Shown here piece after piece: positions 34,493 through 44,533 of a DNA stretch of 64,000 nucleotides. The translations under genes were made by a program, and so were the position numbers. How positions within the stretch are numbered: the stretch's first letter is position 1; every line of letters begins with the position of its first letter. Source of the DNA: an uncultured Gammaproteobacteria bacterium. GTDB lineage: Bacteria; Pseudomonadota; Gammaproteobacteria; JACCXJ01. The stretch lies in contig CAVXTM010000010.1 of NCBI GenBank assembly GCA_963764725.1, forward strand, positions 160,001 through 224,000. The letters are read 5' to 3'. The notes beneath the pieces are model-generated. The model worked only from the letters and a program-made list of their open reading frames with translations, ran no database searches and had not been told where the DNA came from.

Positions 34493-34811
34493 TCCAACGG
34501 CGGATGCTCGTCGTTGCACGAGGCCGTGGCGGCTCGACGCGGCGCTAGGCCTCTGCCGCAAAGGTGAGCGGCTTTCCCGGAACCGCCATCGAGATCTGAT
34601 CGCAGCCGCCAAGAATCGCGAGTCCCCAACAGAGGTGCCGCGCGTGCAAAACACCGCGGTCGCGCAGATGCTGGATCGTGGAGAACGATTGATGGCGTGG
34701 ATTAACGAACTCCATTTGACCCCCGATCCGTGGAAGCGCATCGAGTTCGCGATATCGATCGGGCTTCTCTAAAAATCCCTTCGCCCCGCGGGAGAGCAAC
34801 CGTGTTCAAAG

Positions 34812-35752
<941 letters not shown>

Positions 35753-35951
35753 ACCCCTCCTTGCAAAAATACGGGCTTACAGGCCCCAGCAACCGTTCGG
35801 GTTGTCGGTGAGAAAACGGCGCGACGCTCTTTGCTCTCCCACGGGCTTGATGTCCCAAGGGCTGGACGAGCTGCCGCACCGCAACCAAAGGTCTGTGGAT
35901 TGATGCCCACCAGCCCCCACAGTCCGAAATACATTTTCATTAATTTCTACA
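35753..35951 (-). ncRNA. Predicted IS110 bridge RNA
   Basis: About 200-nt non-coding left end with a 5' hairpin and two internal loops carrying CCAGCCCT/GGGAGAG (match target) and ACGGTTGCT/TGCAAG (match donor). Confidence 0.85.
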
Positions 35952-36075
35952 AAATAGAACATACAAGGGCGGGGGTGAGGGCATTAAAATGATTGATACT
36001 TGATTTCGATTTCCTCAACTTGCCGGGAAGGGTAGCCATGGGCCAAGAATGCGTGACACAATCAGCGAAACGTCG

Positions 36076-36354
36076 ATGAACCGCACATACCTCTACGGCG
36101 GAGCGCCGACTCAAGTCACATCGGCGGCGGGAGCGAAAGGCGTCATCATCCGCACACGCGACGGTGCGATCACGTTTCGCGTCTATCACGACCGCGACCG
36201 CTTTACGGATTACGAGATCCGGCACGATGAGTTAAGTGTCACGATCGACGCGGATGAGTTGGCTGCGTTCTATAGGGTTTGCGGACATGACATTCTTGAC
36301 CATGATCCGCAGGTGTTGGGGTTGCGCAAGCATACGGAAGATGGTGGGCAATGA
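36076..36354 (+). CDS. Hypothetical protein
   Basis: 92-aa ORF with protein-like composition; no motif recognised. Confidence 0.6.
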   Translation: MNRTYLYGGAPTQVTSAAGAKGVIIRTRDGAITFRVYHDRDRFTDYEIRHDELSVTIDADELAAFYRVCGHDILDHDPQVLGLRKHTEDGGQ

Positions 36355-36542
36355 GAGAGAATCTGGGCGTGACTGAAGGCTCTACCGTTCAGAGCGCCCT
36401 ACCAGCAGGCGGTGTCGTGGCGTGGCCGCCACGAGGATCGCCGCGTTAGCGTGGATTGCAGAGCTCTCGCGGTTCTCGGGACCTTGGGCATCAGTCTGTT
36501 AACGGCTTGAATTCAAGAGGACTGGTGTGAATAATATCCCGC

Positions 36543-36743
36543 ATGAAATGGAAGCAAGCGATCGAGCGCTGGCGCAAGCTACCGGTGGAGGAGCAGGCCC
36601 GTATCCGCCGTAACCGGATCCCGATGAACGTGGCCGAGAGCATGGCCTTCGAGGGGGAACCGGTGGAACTGGCGGTGCTGCAAGCGGAGCTCGCGTGCTT
36701 CGACACACCCCCCGATACCTCGAAACGCAACTCGGAATCCTGA
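36543..36743 (+). CDS. Putative Fic antitoxin (VbhA/FicA-like)
   Basis: 66 aa containing SMAFEG, i.e. the (S/T)xxxE(G/N) inhibitory motif; overlaps the Fic ORF. Confidence 0.7.
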   Translation: MKWKQAIERWRKLPVEEQARIRRNRIPMNVAESMAFEGEPVELAVLQAELACFDTPPDTSKRNSES

Positions 36744-37287
36744 GCTACGCCGAGTGCGCGCCGCACCTCGCGCGTAACGCTCTCGCCCTGGAACGGCAAA
36801 TCGAGAGTGGCAAATTCTCGAAATCTATTCTCGACGATGCACTTCTCCTGCAGTTCCAGCGTCTGCTCTGCGGCGATCTCGTCCCGCAGCTAGCCGGCTG
36901 GCGGCGGACCAACGTCACCGTAGCCGCGCATGCGGCACCCGAATTCTTTCGAGTGCCGGCGCTGGTCCGGGAGTACGGACTCGATTTTCAGGCGCGCCTA
37001 TCGAGCCTGGCCAACGTCAACGACGATTCCTTGTTGGAAACGCTGGCCTTCGCCGAGGGACGCGTGCTTTCCATTCACCCGTTCGCCGATTTTAATGGGC
37101 GCGTGACCCGAATTTGGCTACGAGAGGTCCTGCGGCGACTTGACCTTCCTCCAGTCCGACTGGTGCCTGTGCCGTCCGGGCAGACATCAACCAATACCTT
37201 GTAGCCCTTCAGGCCGCCGACCGCAACGATTGGAGTCCGTTGGTTACGATCTGGCGCGAACGCTTTGAGAACGAGGCCGAAGCATGA
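36695..37287 (+). pseudogene. Fic/Doc family toxin, frameshifted near C-terminus
   Basis: AGWRRTNV and IHPFADFNGRVTR; tail ADINQYLVALQAADRNDWSPL...EAEA* is in another frame from about 37180. Confidence 0.8.
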
Positions 37288-37450
37288 TCCACGGCCACAG
37301 ACTAGGCGCGCCTCCATTCGACCTCTGCTCCCGAACTTCCGCACAGTCTTGAACTGGTAGCGCCGCTTCGGTTATACGCGACTGGGGGAGGGAGAATGCT
37401 ACTAACTGGGAGGTCCCCATAGTCGATGGTGGAAAAAACTTTGAAGTGAT

Positions 37451-38307
37451 ATGGAAACCGTTATGTGTTCGCATGAACATTTCGCTAAGCACTTCGCTTT
37501 GCTAACCGGACATAACCCTTTTCCGTGGCAGCAGAAACTATTTTCGGAGATCCTGAACGGACAATTTCGTAAGTCCTGCCCAGTGCCGACAGGGCTTGGA
37601 AAAACATCGATCATTGCAATCTGGCTTTTGTCGGTGGCCTATCGTGCTCTTAGCAAAGCAATGCGGAGTTTCCCACGCCGTCTTGTTTATGTCGTCAATC
37701 GTAGAACCGTCGTTGACCAAGCCACTCGGGAAGCGGAAGCTATGCGCGCCGCTCTTCGCGATACTCTGGAGCTACATGAGATTTCGCAGGCACTACAGTT
37801 ACTCCAAACACGAGATGTTGATGTTCCGTTGGCGATAAGCGCACTTCGCGGACAATTCGCTGACAACGCGGAGTGGCGAGATGATCCAGCCCGGCCTGCC
37901 GTGATTGTCGGTACGGTAGACATGATCGGAAGCCGTCTTCTGTTCTCCGGATACGGATGCGGCTTTAAATCTCGTCCACTACATGCCGGCTTTCTCGGTC
38001 AGGGGACCTTGTTGGTGCATGACGAGGCCCATCTGGAGCCTTTCAGGAGCTTGTTTCGGCTATTGAATCGGAGCAGCGGCGATGCCAAGAATTCAACCCG
38101 TTTAGTATCATGGAGCTGACAGCCACCTCGCGTTTTGGTGCTGATGGCGACGACCCGTTGTTCACGGATGCGGACAGATATCACGAGGAGGCACGGAAAC
38201 GAATCGAAGCGGAGAAGGGTATTACATGCCACCTAGTTGACGACGAGAAAAAGATCGCCGACAAGGTCGCTGACTTTGCCAAGGAGTACAGGGATAGTGG
38301 CAAGGCC
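37451..38307 (+). pseudogene. cas3: Type I-G (I-U) CRISPR helicase Cas3, N-terminal part only, frameshifted
   Basis: PFPWQ, PTGLGKT, PRRLVYVVNRRTVVDQ, VGTVDMIGSRLLFSGYG, DEAHL; frame break near 38040, then LTAT; truncated at SGKA. Confidence 0.9.
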
Positions 38308-39231
38308 AGCCAGGACAAGGTCTTCAGAGGCGGCTACAACGTTGACAGGTTCTCTGACGGTAGCAGCGTCTGTTTGGTCGATAGCGTCGGCTCTCAGGCG
38401 AACCGGATCGAGCCATTGTTCATGAAGAAGAACTACACCGGTCTTGTGCCGCAGATCGTGGTCAAGGCGGGTAGCAAAAACGTGAACCTGCTCGAAGCCG
38501 GCCACCGGGCGGGGGACGCCATCGTTCGCTGTTCCGCATTGCAGAAGGAACTGCAAGACGCCTTCAAGGCCGTCCTGAACGGCAATGCGGAACTGCTGGC
38601 GAAGATCGCACCGACCTCGCTGGTATTCGGCGTCTGGGATTCGCGTGACACCCAAGCGAAGCTGCCCCGCCTGATCGACTCGAAGATCCGAGCATTCAAC
38701 GTTCGTGAGCTGACGCGGTCGGCTCAGTATGTTCCGGCTGCGGAGTATGTCAGTCAAGGAATGCTGGATGAGCCGTCAGACAAAAAGACGAACGACGCCT
38801 ATGCCGAGCGGGGATTCATCCATGTCCCGGCTTCGGGTACACACGGTCGCGTTATCGCAACTGGCGGCATTCGCCGCGATGCTACTCTCCATCTCGCTGC
38901 CCTACGGCTGCTCACAACGGAAGATGATGGTGACAGGACCCTTGCGCTACGCCGCTACATCCTCGGCCTTGCCCTCACGGCGCTCACTTACAACCCCTCG
39001 CGCTATCTCCGCCAAGGCTGCAACCTCGTCAACGACCCGAGCATGCCGACCGAATTCAAGCTCGTCTTCAACGATGGTCAGCGAGAGGATGCTTCCCTGA
39101 AGCACGAGGAGGCCCTGGCCTTTTCGAAGGCGACTGCAACAGCTTTCCGCATCGGCGCTGATCGGGAGGTGGGTTTCGGCCCGGCGCTGGCGAAAAAGGA
39201 TGTGAGCGACGCGAAGAAGAAAACGAAGTAA
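38308..39231 (+). pseudogene. cas7: Type I-G Cas7 (Csb1), N-terminally truncated and fused in frame to a Cas3 fragment (ORF 38110-39231)
   Basis: GGYNVD, CLVDSVGSQANRIE, HRAGDA, PTSLVFGVWDSR, LRRYILGLAL, YLRQGCNL. Confidence 0.88.
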
Positions 39232-39243
39232 GGGGAGGCCGCC

Positions 39244-40889
39244 ATGAGTTTGTATTTCGGCCTCTCGATCCGTTTTCTCGATCAGCGTTTCCATGGGCGG
39301 TGGGACGGCGACGAGCTGGAGTGGCCGCCGTCCCCACTGCGGGTATTTCAAGCGCTGGTTGCTTCCGCGGCACGCATGGACAAGGGGCAATTGACTCCGC
39401 CTTACGTTGCCGCGCTGACGTGGCTGGAGATAAAATCAGAGGAATCGCCACCGATTATCTTAGCACCCCAGGTACCACCACCGGATCTGCCACCTCCCGG
39501 CTATTGCCTCTCCGTGCCCAACAATGCCATGGACATAGTCGCGAAGGCATGGTGCCGGGGGAATTACTCCAACAAGGGGGACGCCAGCCCGGCAACCCAT
39601 CGCACCATGAAAACTGTGCGGCCAACCCACTTGCTCGATGGCAATTTTGTGCACTACCTCTGGCCTCTCTCAGACCCGGTGCCTCAGGAAATACAAAACC
39701 ACACCGAGATACTCACACAAACCGCTCGCAGGATCGTCGTGCTGGGCTGGGGCGTCAACATGGCCGTGGGTGACGGCGCAATTCTGCCCGCGGAGCAGGT
39801 TGACGCGCTGCCCGGTGAAAGGTGGTTGCCAAATGCCACGGTTGCCGATAGAGGGCTGCGTTCCCCCGTGCCGGGCACGCTGGAGGACCTGTCTTTCCGC
39901 CATAAAGGATTTCTGAAACGCTTGGAGGGAAACAGATTCACGCCCCCACCACCGCTGTCCGTATTCGACAAGCTCGACTATCGGCGGGCCATCCAGCCGC
40001 CCAACCGGCCAGTGGCCGCGTTTTCCTTGCTGAAGCTGGACGCAAGCGGTTTCCGGGCATTCGAAACGACGAAATGGGCATTGACTGTCGCGGGGATGAC
40101 TCGTCATGCGACTAGGTGCGCGGCCAAGCGAAGCGGGTGGGCAGAATCAAGGGTTAACGCATTCATACTTGGCCATGCCGAGTCCCCAGGCAGCAGCGAA
40201 CACACGTCTGTCGGAAATCGACGGTTCGCCTATCTTCCCTTGCCGAGTATCGAAGCACGGGGCCAAGGCAAGGCACCCGTGGTTGGCAATGTTCGTCGTG
40301 TCATGTACACCGTGCTCGATGAGGGCTGTAGTGAAGAGATCGCATGGGTTCGCCGGGCGCTCTCCGGGCAGATGCTTGAGCGGAGAAGAGTGCCGACCAC
40401 GTAGGGGGAAGTCAGAAGGGCGTTGCCTTGCTTTCCTTGTTGCCCAATACCGACACAGTCGTTCAGGCTTACACGCGGCCATCGACCACTTGGGCAACCG
40501 TTACGCCTGTCGTTCTTCCTGGCTACGATGACCCGGCACATTATCGTAGGAGGTTGAAGCGCGGCACGAGCGGAGAAGAGCAGAAGCGGCTGCTGAACTG
40601 TCTAAGCGAACGCGTTGGAGGCTTGATCCGCAAGGCTATCGTGCAGGCCGGATTCTCTCAACTACTCGCCGATAACGCCGAGATCGAATGGCGCAAGGTT
40701 GAATATTGGCGGGGTGCTGATCTAGCGGATCGCTACGGCGTGCCTGATCATCTAAAGCGTTTCCCGCGCTATCAAGTTAGAATTCAGTGGCGTAATGAAA
40801 ATAGAAGGCCTGTAAAGATCAATGGACCGATCTGCTTGGGCGGAGGGCGGTTCTACGGGCTCGGGCTGTTAGCAGCAGAATTGGTTTGA
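39244..40889 (+). pseudogene. csb2: Type I-G Csb2 (Cas5-Cas6 fusion), one frameshift near 40382
   Basis: FHGR..EWPPSPLRVFQALV, VPNN, LGWG, FAYLPLPSI, WATVTPVVLPG, C-terminal GPICLGGGRFYGLGL. Confidence 0.9.
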
Positions 40890-41006
40890 TAAGGTGCGGC
40901 GCGTGATCAGAGGTCTAGGTTGCAATTCCAACATTTCGTACGCTTCCTCCGTCATTGCCCGCAAGCGCGCATCAACAGCGGCTTTTCAGGTTCATCTGTA
41001 TTTGTT

Positions 41007-41143
41007 TCGTGGATGCCTACGGACCCGAAGAACGGGCGATGAGTTGGCACTACTATCTGGAGGAAAAGCTTGTGTTTCCCTGCAAGGTGAAATGCATCGC
41101 CGAGCGATCGGTATATCCGCTGAAGAGAGACGAGAAGGTCGAT
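41007..41143 (+). pseudogene. Fragment resembling the calcium-binding protein CcbP family
   Basis: VDAYGPEERAMSWHYYLEEKLVFP...PLKRDEKV; family recalled from memory. Confidence 0.55.
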
Positions 41144-41146
41144 CAG

Positions 41147-41374
41147 CATAAGGCCACGTCGGTTGACGTATTCGTTACCGAACCCTTCGACTTTGACACG
41201 GAATACGACCGTGCCCTCACGGCGGGCCCCGCGTCTGGATTGCCCGTGCGTTTCGTTTCAATCCCGACGCTGATTAGAATGAAGGAAGCAGCAGCCGGAC
41301 CCCGGGATCTCGACGACATCCAGCACTTGCGCTGGATCTTGAATGATAGGAAGGAGGATGAACCGGGAATATGA
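41147..41374 (+). pseudogene. C-terminal fragment of a nucleotidyltransferase-like protein
   Basis: VDVFVTEPFDFDTEY...SIPTLIRMKEAAAGPRDLDDI; the N-terminal GG motif is missing. Confidence 0.55.
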
Positions 41375-41606
41375 CGATATCGACTGGAGCCTGACGAGCT
41401 GGGAAGGCAGCCGGAGTGCACAGTTGCGTCGATGGTGCTCGCTCACGGTACGCGAGCGGCTGCAGGCGATCGAGGAGATGGCCGAGGTTGCAGCGCGAAT
41501 CGCGGGCTCACCGCGATTGAGGGGGCGTAATGAAGCCACAGACACCCCTGCGTCCGTCGCCGGTGGCGGCAGTGGCGTTCCCGGAGATAATCGGGGTTCT
41601 TTTTAG
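41358..41606 (+). CDS. Small hypothetical protein, possible partner of the nucleotidyltransferase
   Basis: Strong AAGGAGG RBS; DWSLTSWEGSR..QLRRW..LTVRERLQAIEEM. Confidence 0.55.
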   Translation: MNREYDDIDWSLTSWEGSRSAQLRRWCSLTVRERLQAIEEMAEVAARIAGSPRLRGRNEATDTPASVAGGGSGVPGDNRGSF

Positions 41607-41819
41607 AATTGGCCCGGGCGCTTGTACCCCCCGAATCGGCTAAGTCGGGCTAGGGGATCTCAAAGGTGTCCGACTTCCTGGGGGCTGTAAGCTTGCCGTG
41701 CCACTCGCACTATGGAACGTAGCCATGGGTCTAGGCGATACTTGAACTGCACCGGTCGGACATGTGCAGGCCCGGATAGCACCACGAGCATCCCGGTCTC
41801 ACGATTGCTCGGAAGCAGG

Positions 41820-41852
41820 CCTTACGGTAAAGTAAGGAACAATAATTATTGT
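41820..41852 (+). promoter_or_regulatory. Probable TA autoregulatory operator
   Basis: CCTTAC-N6-GTAAGG inverted repeat plus the perfect palindrome ACAATAATTATTGT just before the antitoxin start. Confidence 0.6.
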
Positions 41853-41857
41853 AAGGA

Positions 41858-42094
41858 ATGCCCTCGACTCTCACCAGCAAAGGACAGACCACCGTGCCAA
41901 AGGAAGTCCGGGACCACCTGGCTTTGCGGCCCGGGGACCGTATCGAGTTTACCATCGAATCGGATGGCCGGGTGGTGGTCGTCCCGGCGTCGTTCGACGC
42001 GGCGGATCTTGCGGGTGCGTTGCCGCGTCCAAAGCGCGTGGTTTCGCTCGATGAGATGAAGACCGCGATTCGCAAACGCGGAGCCCGGCGGTGA
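41858..42094 (+). CDS. AbrB/MazE/SpoVT family antitoxin
   Basis: STLTSKGQTTVPKEVRDHLALRPGDRIEF. Confidence 0.9.
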   Translation: MPSTLTSKGQTTVPKEVRDHLALRPGDRIEFTIESDGRVVVVPASFDAADLAGALPRPKRVVSLDEMKTAIRKRGARR

Positions 42095-42216
42095 AGGGCC
42101 TGGACACGAACGTCTTGATTCGCCACCTGGTTCAGGATGACGCCCCACAGGCGCGGCTGGCGGGCCGTTTCATCGCGATGGAATGCTCGCGCGGCGATTC
42201 GCCGCGGCCTCATTGA
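42091..42216 (+). pseudogene. vapC: VapC/PIN toxin truncated by fusion to a CRISPR repeat
   Basis: GTG start overlapping the antitoxin stop; MKGLDTNVLIRHLVQDDAPQA; stop codon lies inside the repeat. Confidence 0.85.
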
Positions 42217-42292
42217 AGCTGCATGTAGCCGCCGATCAAGTTCATCCGCGCCGCATATTTTCCGCGGCGATTCGCCGCGGCCTCATTGAAGC
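42190..42292 (+). CRISPR. Residual CRISPR array: partial repeat, 37-nt spacer, full 36-nt repeat
   Basis: Repeat ATTTTCCGCGGCGATTCGCCGCGGCCTCATTGAAGC (42257-42292), last 30 nt repeated exactly at 42190-42219; palindromic stem and ATTGAAGC end typical of type I-G. Confidence 0.88.
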
Positions 42293-42353
42293 GTGCCCTC
42301 GCAGGCTAATCCCAGGTTCGGTGGCTTATATCGACAGACAACCGGAGGGCCTT

Positions 42354-43607
42354 TTAATCCCGCACCGGCCCGTCCCAGTCCGGACGCAGAGGCATCCCGC
42401 TGGCACCGTTACCGACCTCGGTCTTGACCGCCAGGATCTGGTTTACGCGGATCCAGTCCCCCACGAAACGCGAGACTGACCCCGCTAAGTAGAGTCTCCA
42501 AACTCGCGCGCGCCCGATCGACGAAGCGGCGACGGCTGCGTCCCACCGGGCTTCGAGATTACGGCACCAGTGTTTCAGTGTGAGCACATAATGCTCCCGA
42601 AAATTTTCGAGATGCCGGGCCTCGAATCCCGCCTGTTGCATCGAAGACAGGACTCTTCCCGCCTCGACCAGCTCGCCGTCGGGGAACACGTACCGGTGTG
42701 CAAAGCCGGAGCGCGGCAAGGCCTCGTTCTGAAACGGCCTGCGGTTGATCGCGTGATTGAGGAAGCGTCCTCCCCGGCGGAGCAACGCGTGAACCTTCCC
42801 AAAGTACTCGCTCATGCGGGCAACCCCAACATGCTCGAACATTCCGACCGAGCTGACGGCATCGAAGGGCCCATCGTCAACATCCCGGTAATCCTGGAAT
42901 CGGATCTCCACGCGATCGGCCACGCCCTCTCTGCGCACCCAGTCCCGTGCATAGTACACTTGTCGATCCGAGACCGTGATGGCGACCACTCTGGCCCGAT
43001 AATGTTTCGCGGCGTGTAGGGCGAGGGCGCCCCATCCGCAACCGATGTCCAAGAGCCGGTCGCCCGGACCGAGCCCCAGCTTGCGGCAGATGAGATCATG
43101 CTTTTTTGCCTGCGCTTGGTCGAGGGGATCCGAATCGGACTCGAACACGGCACAGGAATAAGTCATCGAAGATCCGAGGATGATGCGGTAAAAGTCGTTT
43201 GACACGTCGTAATGATGGGCGATCGCGGCCGCGTCGCTGGCGCGCGAATGGCGGTCCCGTTGTGGCTTCGCCTCCTCAACAGGCGGTGCGACGGGCCTGA
43301 GGTTATGCAGCCCGATCAATTTCAACGCCATCCACCATTGCCGCGGAGAGAGCTTTATGTTCGGCAGCCGCTTGTGCAACTCGACAAACGCGTGGATGTC
43401 GCCTTCGATCTCAACGTCCCCCGCGACATAGGCGCGCGCGAATCCGATTTCCCCGGGAGCAGTCGCGATCCGGCGCAGGGCGTCCTTAGAGCGGATGACG
43501 AGGACTGCCGGCGCTTGGACCGGCCCCATGACGGTGCCGTCATAGGCCCGGACGCCAATCGGAAGGTCTGGACCGAATAGATCATCGATCAATTCCTTAA
43601 TTTTCAT
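42354..43607 (-). CDS. cfa: Cyclopropane-fatty-acyl-phospholipid synthase family methyltransferase
   Basis: IAHHYDVSNDFY, MTYSCA, LLDIGCGWG, SVGMFEHVG, YVFPDGEL. Confidence 0.9.
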   Translation of the reverse strand: MKIKELIDDLFGPDLPIGVRAYDGTVMGPVQAPAVLVIRSKDALRRIATAPGEIGFARAYVAGDVEIEGDIHAFVELHKRLPNIKLSPRQWWMALKLIGLHNLRPVAPPVEEAKPQRDRHSRASDAAAIAHHYDVSNDFYRIILGSSMTYSCAVFESDSDPLDQAQAKKHDLICRKLGLGPGDRLLDIGCGWGALALHAAKHYRARVVAITVSDRQVYYARDWVRREGVADRVEIRFQDYRDVDDGPFDAVSSVGMFEHVGVARMSEYFGKVHALLRRGGRFLNHAINRRPFQNEALPRSGFAHRYVFPDGELVEAGRVLSSMQQAGFEARHLENFREHYVLTLKHWCRNLEARWDAAVAASSIGRARVWRLYLAGSVSRFVGDWIRVNQILAVKTEVGNGASGMPLRPDWDGPVRD

Positions 43608-43615
43608 AACAGAGT

Positions 43616-44488
43616 TCAGAGACGCAGTAAGAGTTCTTCAGCCTTGCGGCGCCCGATCTCGATCAGCTCCCGCGCGCGGTGGAATTCGTGAAAGGCGCAG
43701 GCATTGGCGGGGATCTCGATGTAGACATCGGGGGAGTACGCGGCGAGCCTAAAACGAGCTATGACATGTTGCATCATGTCCATCGATCGGCCGGCGATCT
43801 CGATGAGACTCAGATCGCCGGGATCGCGCTGCTCGCGGCGCTGATAGAGCCCTTCGATGTAGCGCGCGATGCGCTGGTGGTAGAAGCTAAAGGGCCTCTC
43901 GGGCGCTGGATCGGCGCGGTTAAGCTGGGGGTCCGGCGTGCCGTTGAGACTGACCGCGACGGTGAGGTCGTTATGATCGTGCAAGGTCGGAGCGATCGGG
44001 ATCGGGTCCAACAACCCGCCATCGACGAGCTGCATGCCTTGATAGTCAAAGGGCGTAAAGATGGTCGGTATGGACATCGACGCTCGCACGGCATCAAACA
44101 AGGGTCCGCGGCGCAGCCACACCTCCTTGTGGGTGCGGAGTTCCGTCGCCACGGCCGTGAAGCTCACCGGTAGATCTTCGATATTGCGGTCGCCGATGAG
44201 ATCGCGCAACAAGTTGATGATCTTCTCACCCTTGAATAGGCCCTTGCGGTCAAACGCGAAATCGAGCAACCGGATCACATCGCCGCGTTCGAGCGCCGTG
44301 ACCCAGCGGGTATAAACATCCAGCCGCCCGGCAGCGTAAATCCCACCTACCAACGCACCTATGGAGGTGCCGGCAATCGAGCGGATATCTAAGCCGTTGT
44401 TCACGAGCGCCTGGATCACGCCGATATGCGCGAACCCGCGCGCCCCACCGCTCCCGAGAACCAGTGACACGGTGCGCGGCGCGCTCAT
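43616..44488 (-). CDS. Patatin-like phospholipase (RssA family)
   Basis: LGSGGARG, GTSIG, VDGG. Confidence 0.9.
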   Translation of the reverse strand: MSAPRTVSLVLGSGGARGFAHIGVIQALVNNGLDIRSIAGTSIGALVGGIYAAGRLDVYTRWVTALERGDVIRLLDFAFDRKGLFKGEKIINLLRDLIGDRNIEDLPVSFTAVATELRTHKEVWLRRGPLFDAVRASMSIPTIFTPFDYQGMQLVDGGLLDPIPIAPTLHDHNDLTVAVSLNGTPDPQLNRADPAPERPFSFYHQRIARYIEGLYQRREQRDPGDLSLIEIAGRSMDMMQHVIARFRLAAYSPDVYIEIPANACAFHEFHRARELIEIGRRKAEELLLRL

Positions 44489-44533
44489 AACCTGACGCGA
44501 GCCAGCATCGGTGGGCCGCGGGAGATCCTGCGT

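Noticed and set aside
34493-34772. Open frame ending ...DPWKRIEFAISIGLL* after the cyclophilin gene
   Set aside because: No clear start or recognisable family; possibly a gene remnant.
37451-42292. CRISPR-associated transposon or functional link between the IS110 and the Cas3-deficient I-G locus
   Set aside because: No tnsABC or tniQ; the IS110 has self-contained ends that exclude the cas genes, and its target is explained by its own guide loops.
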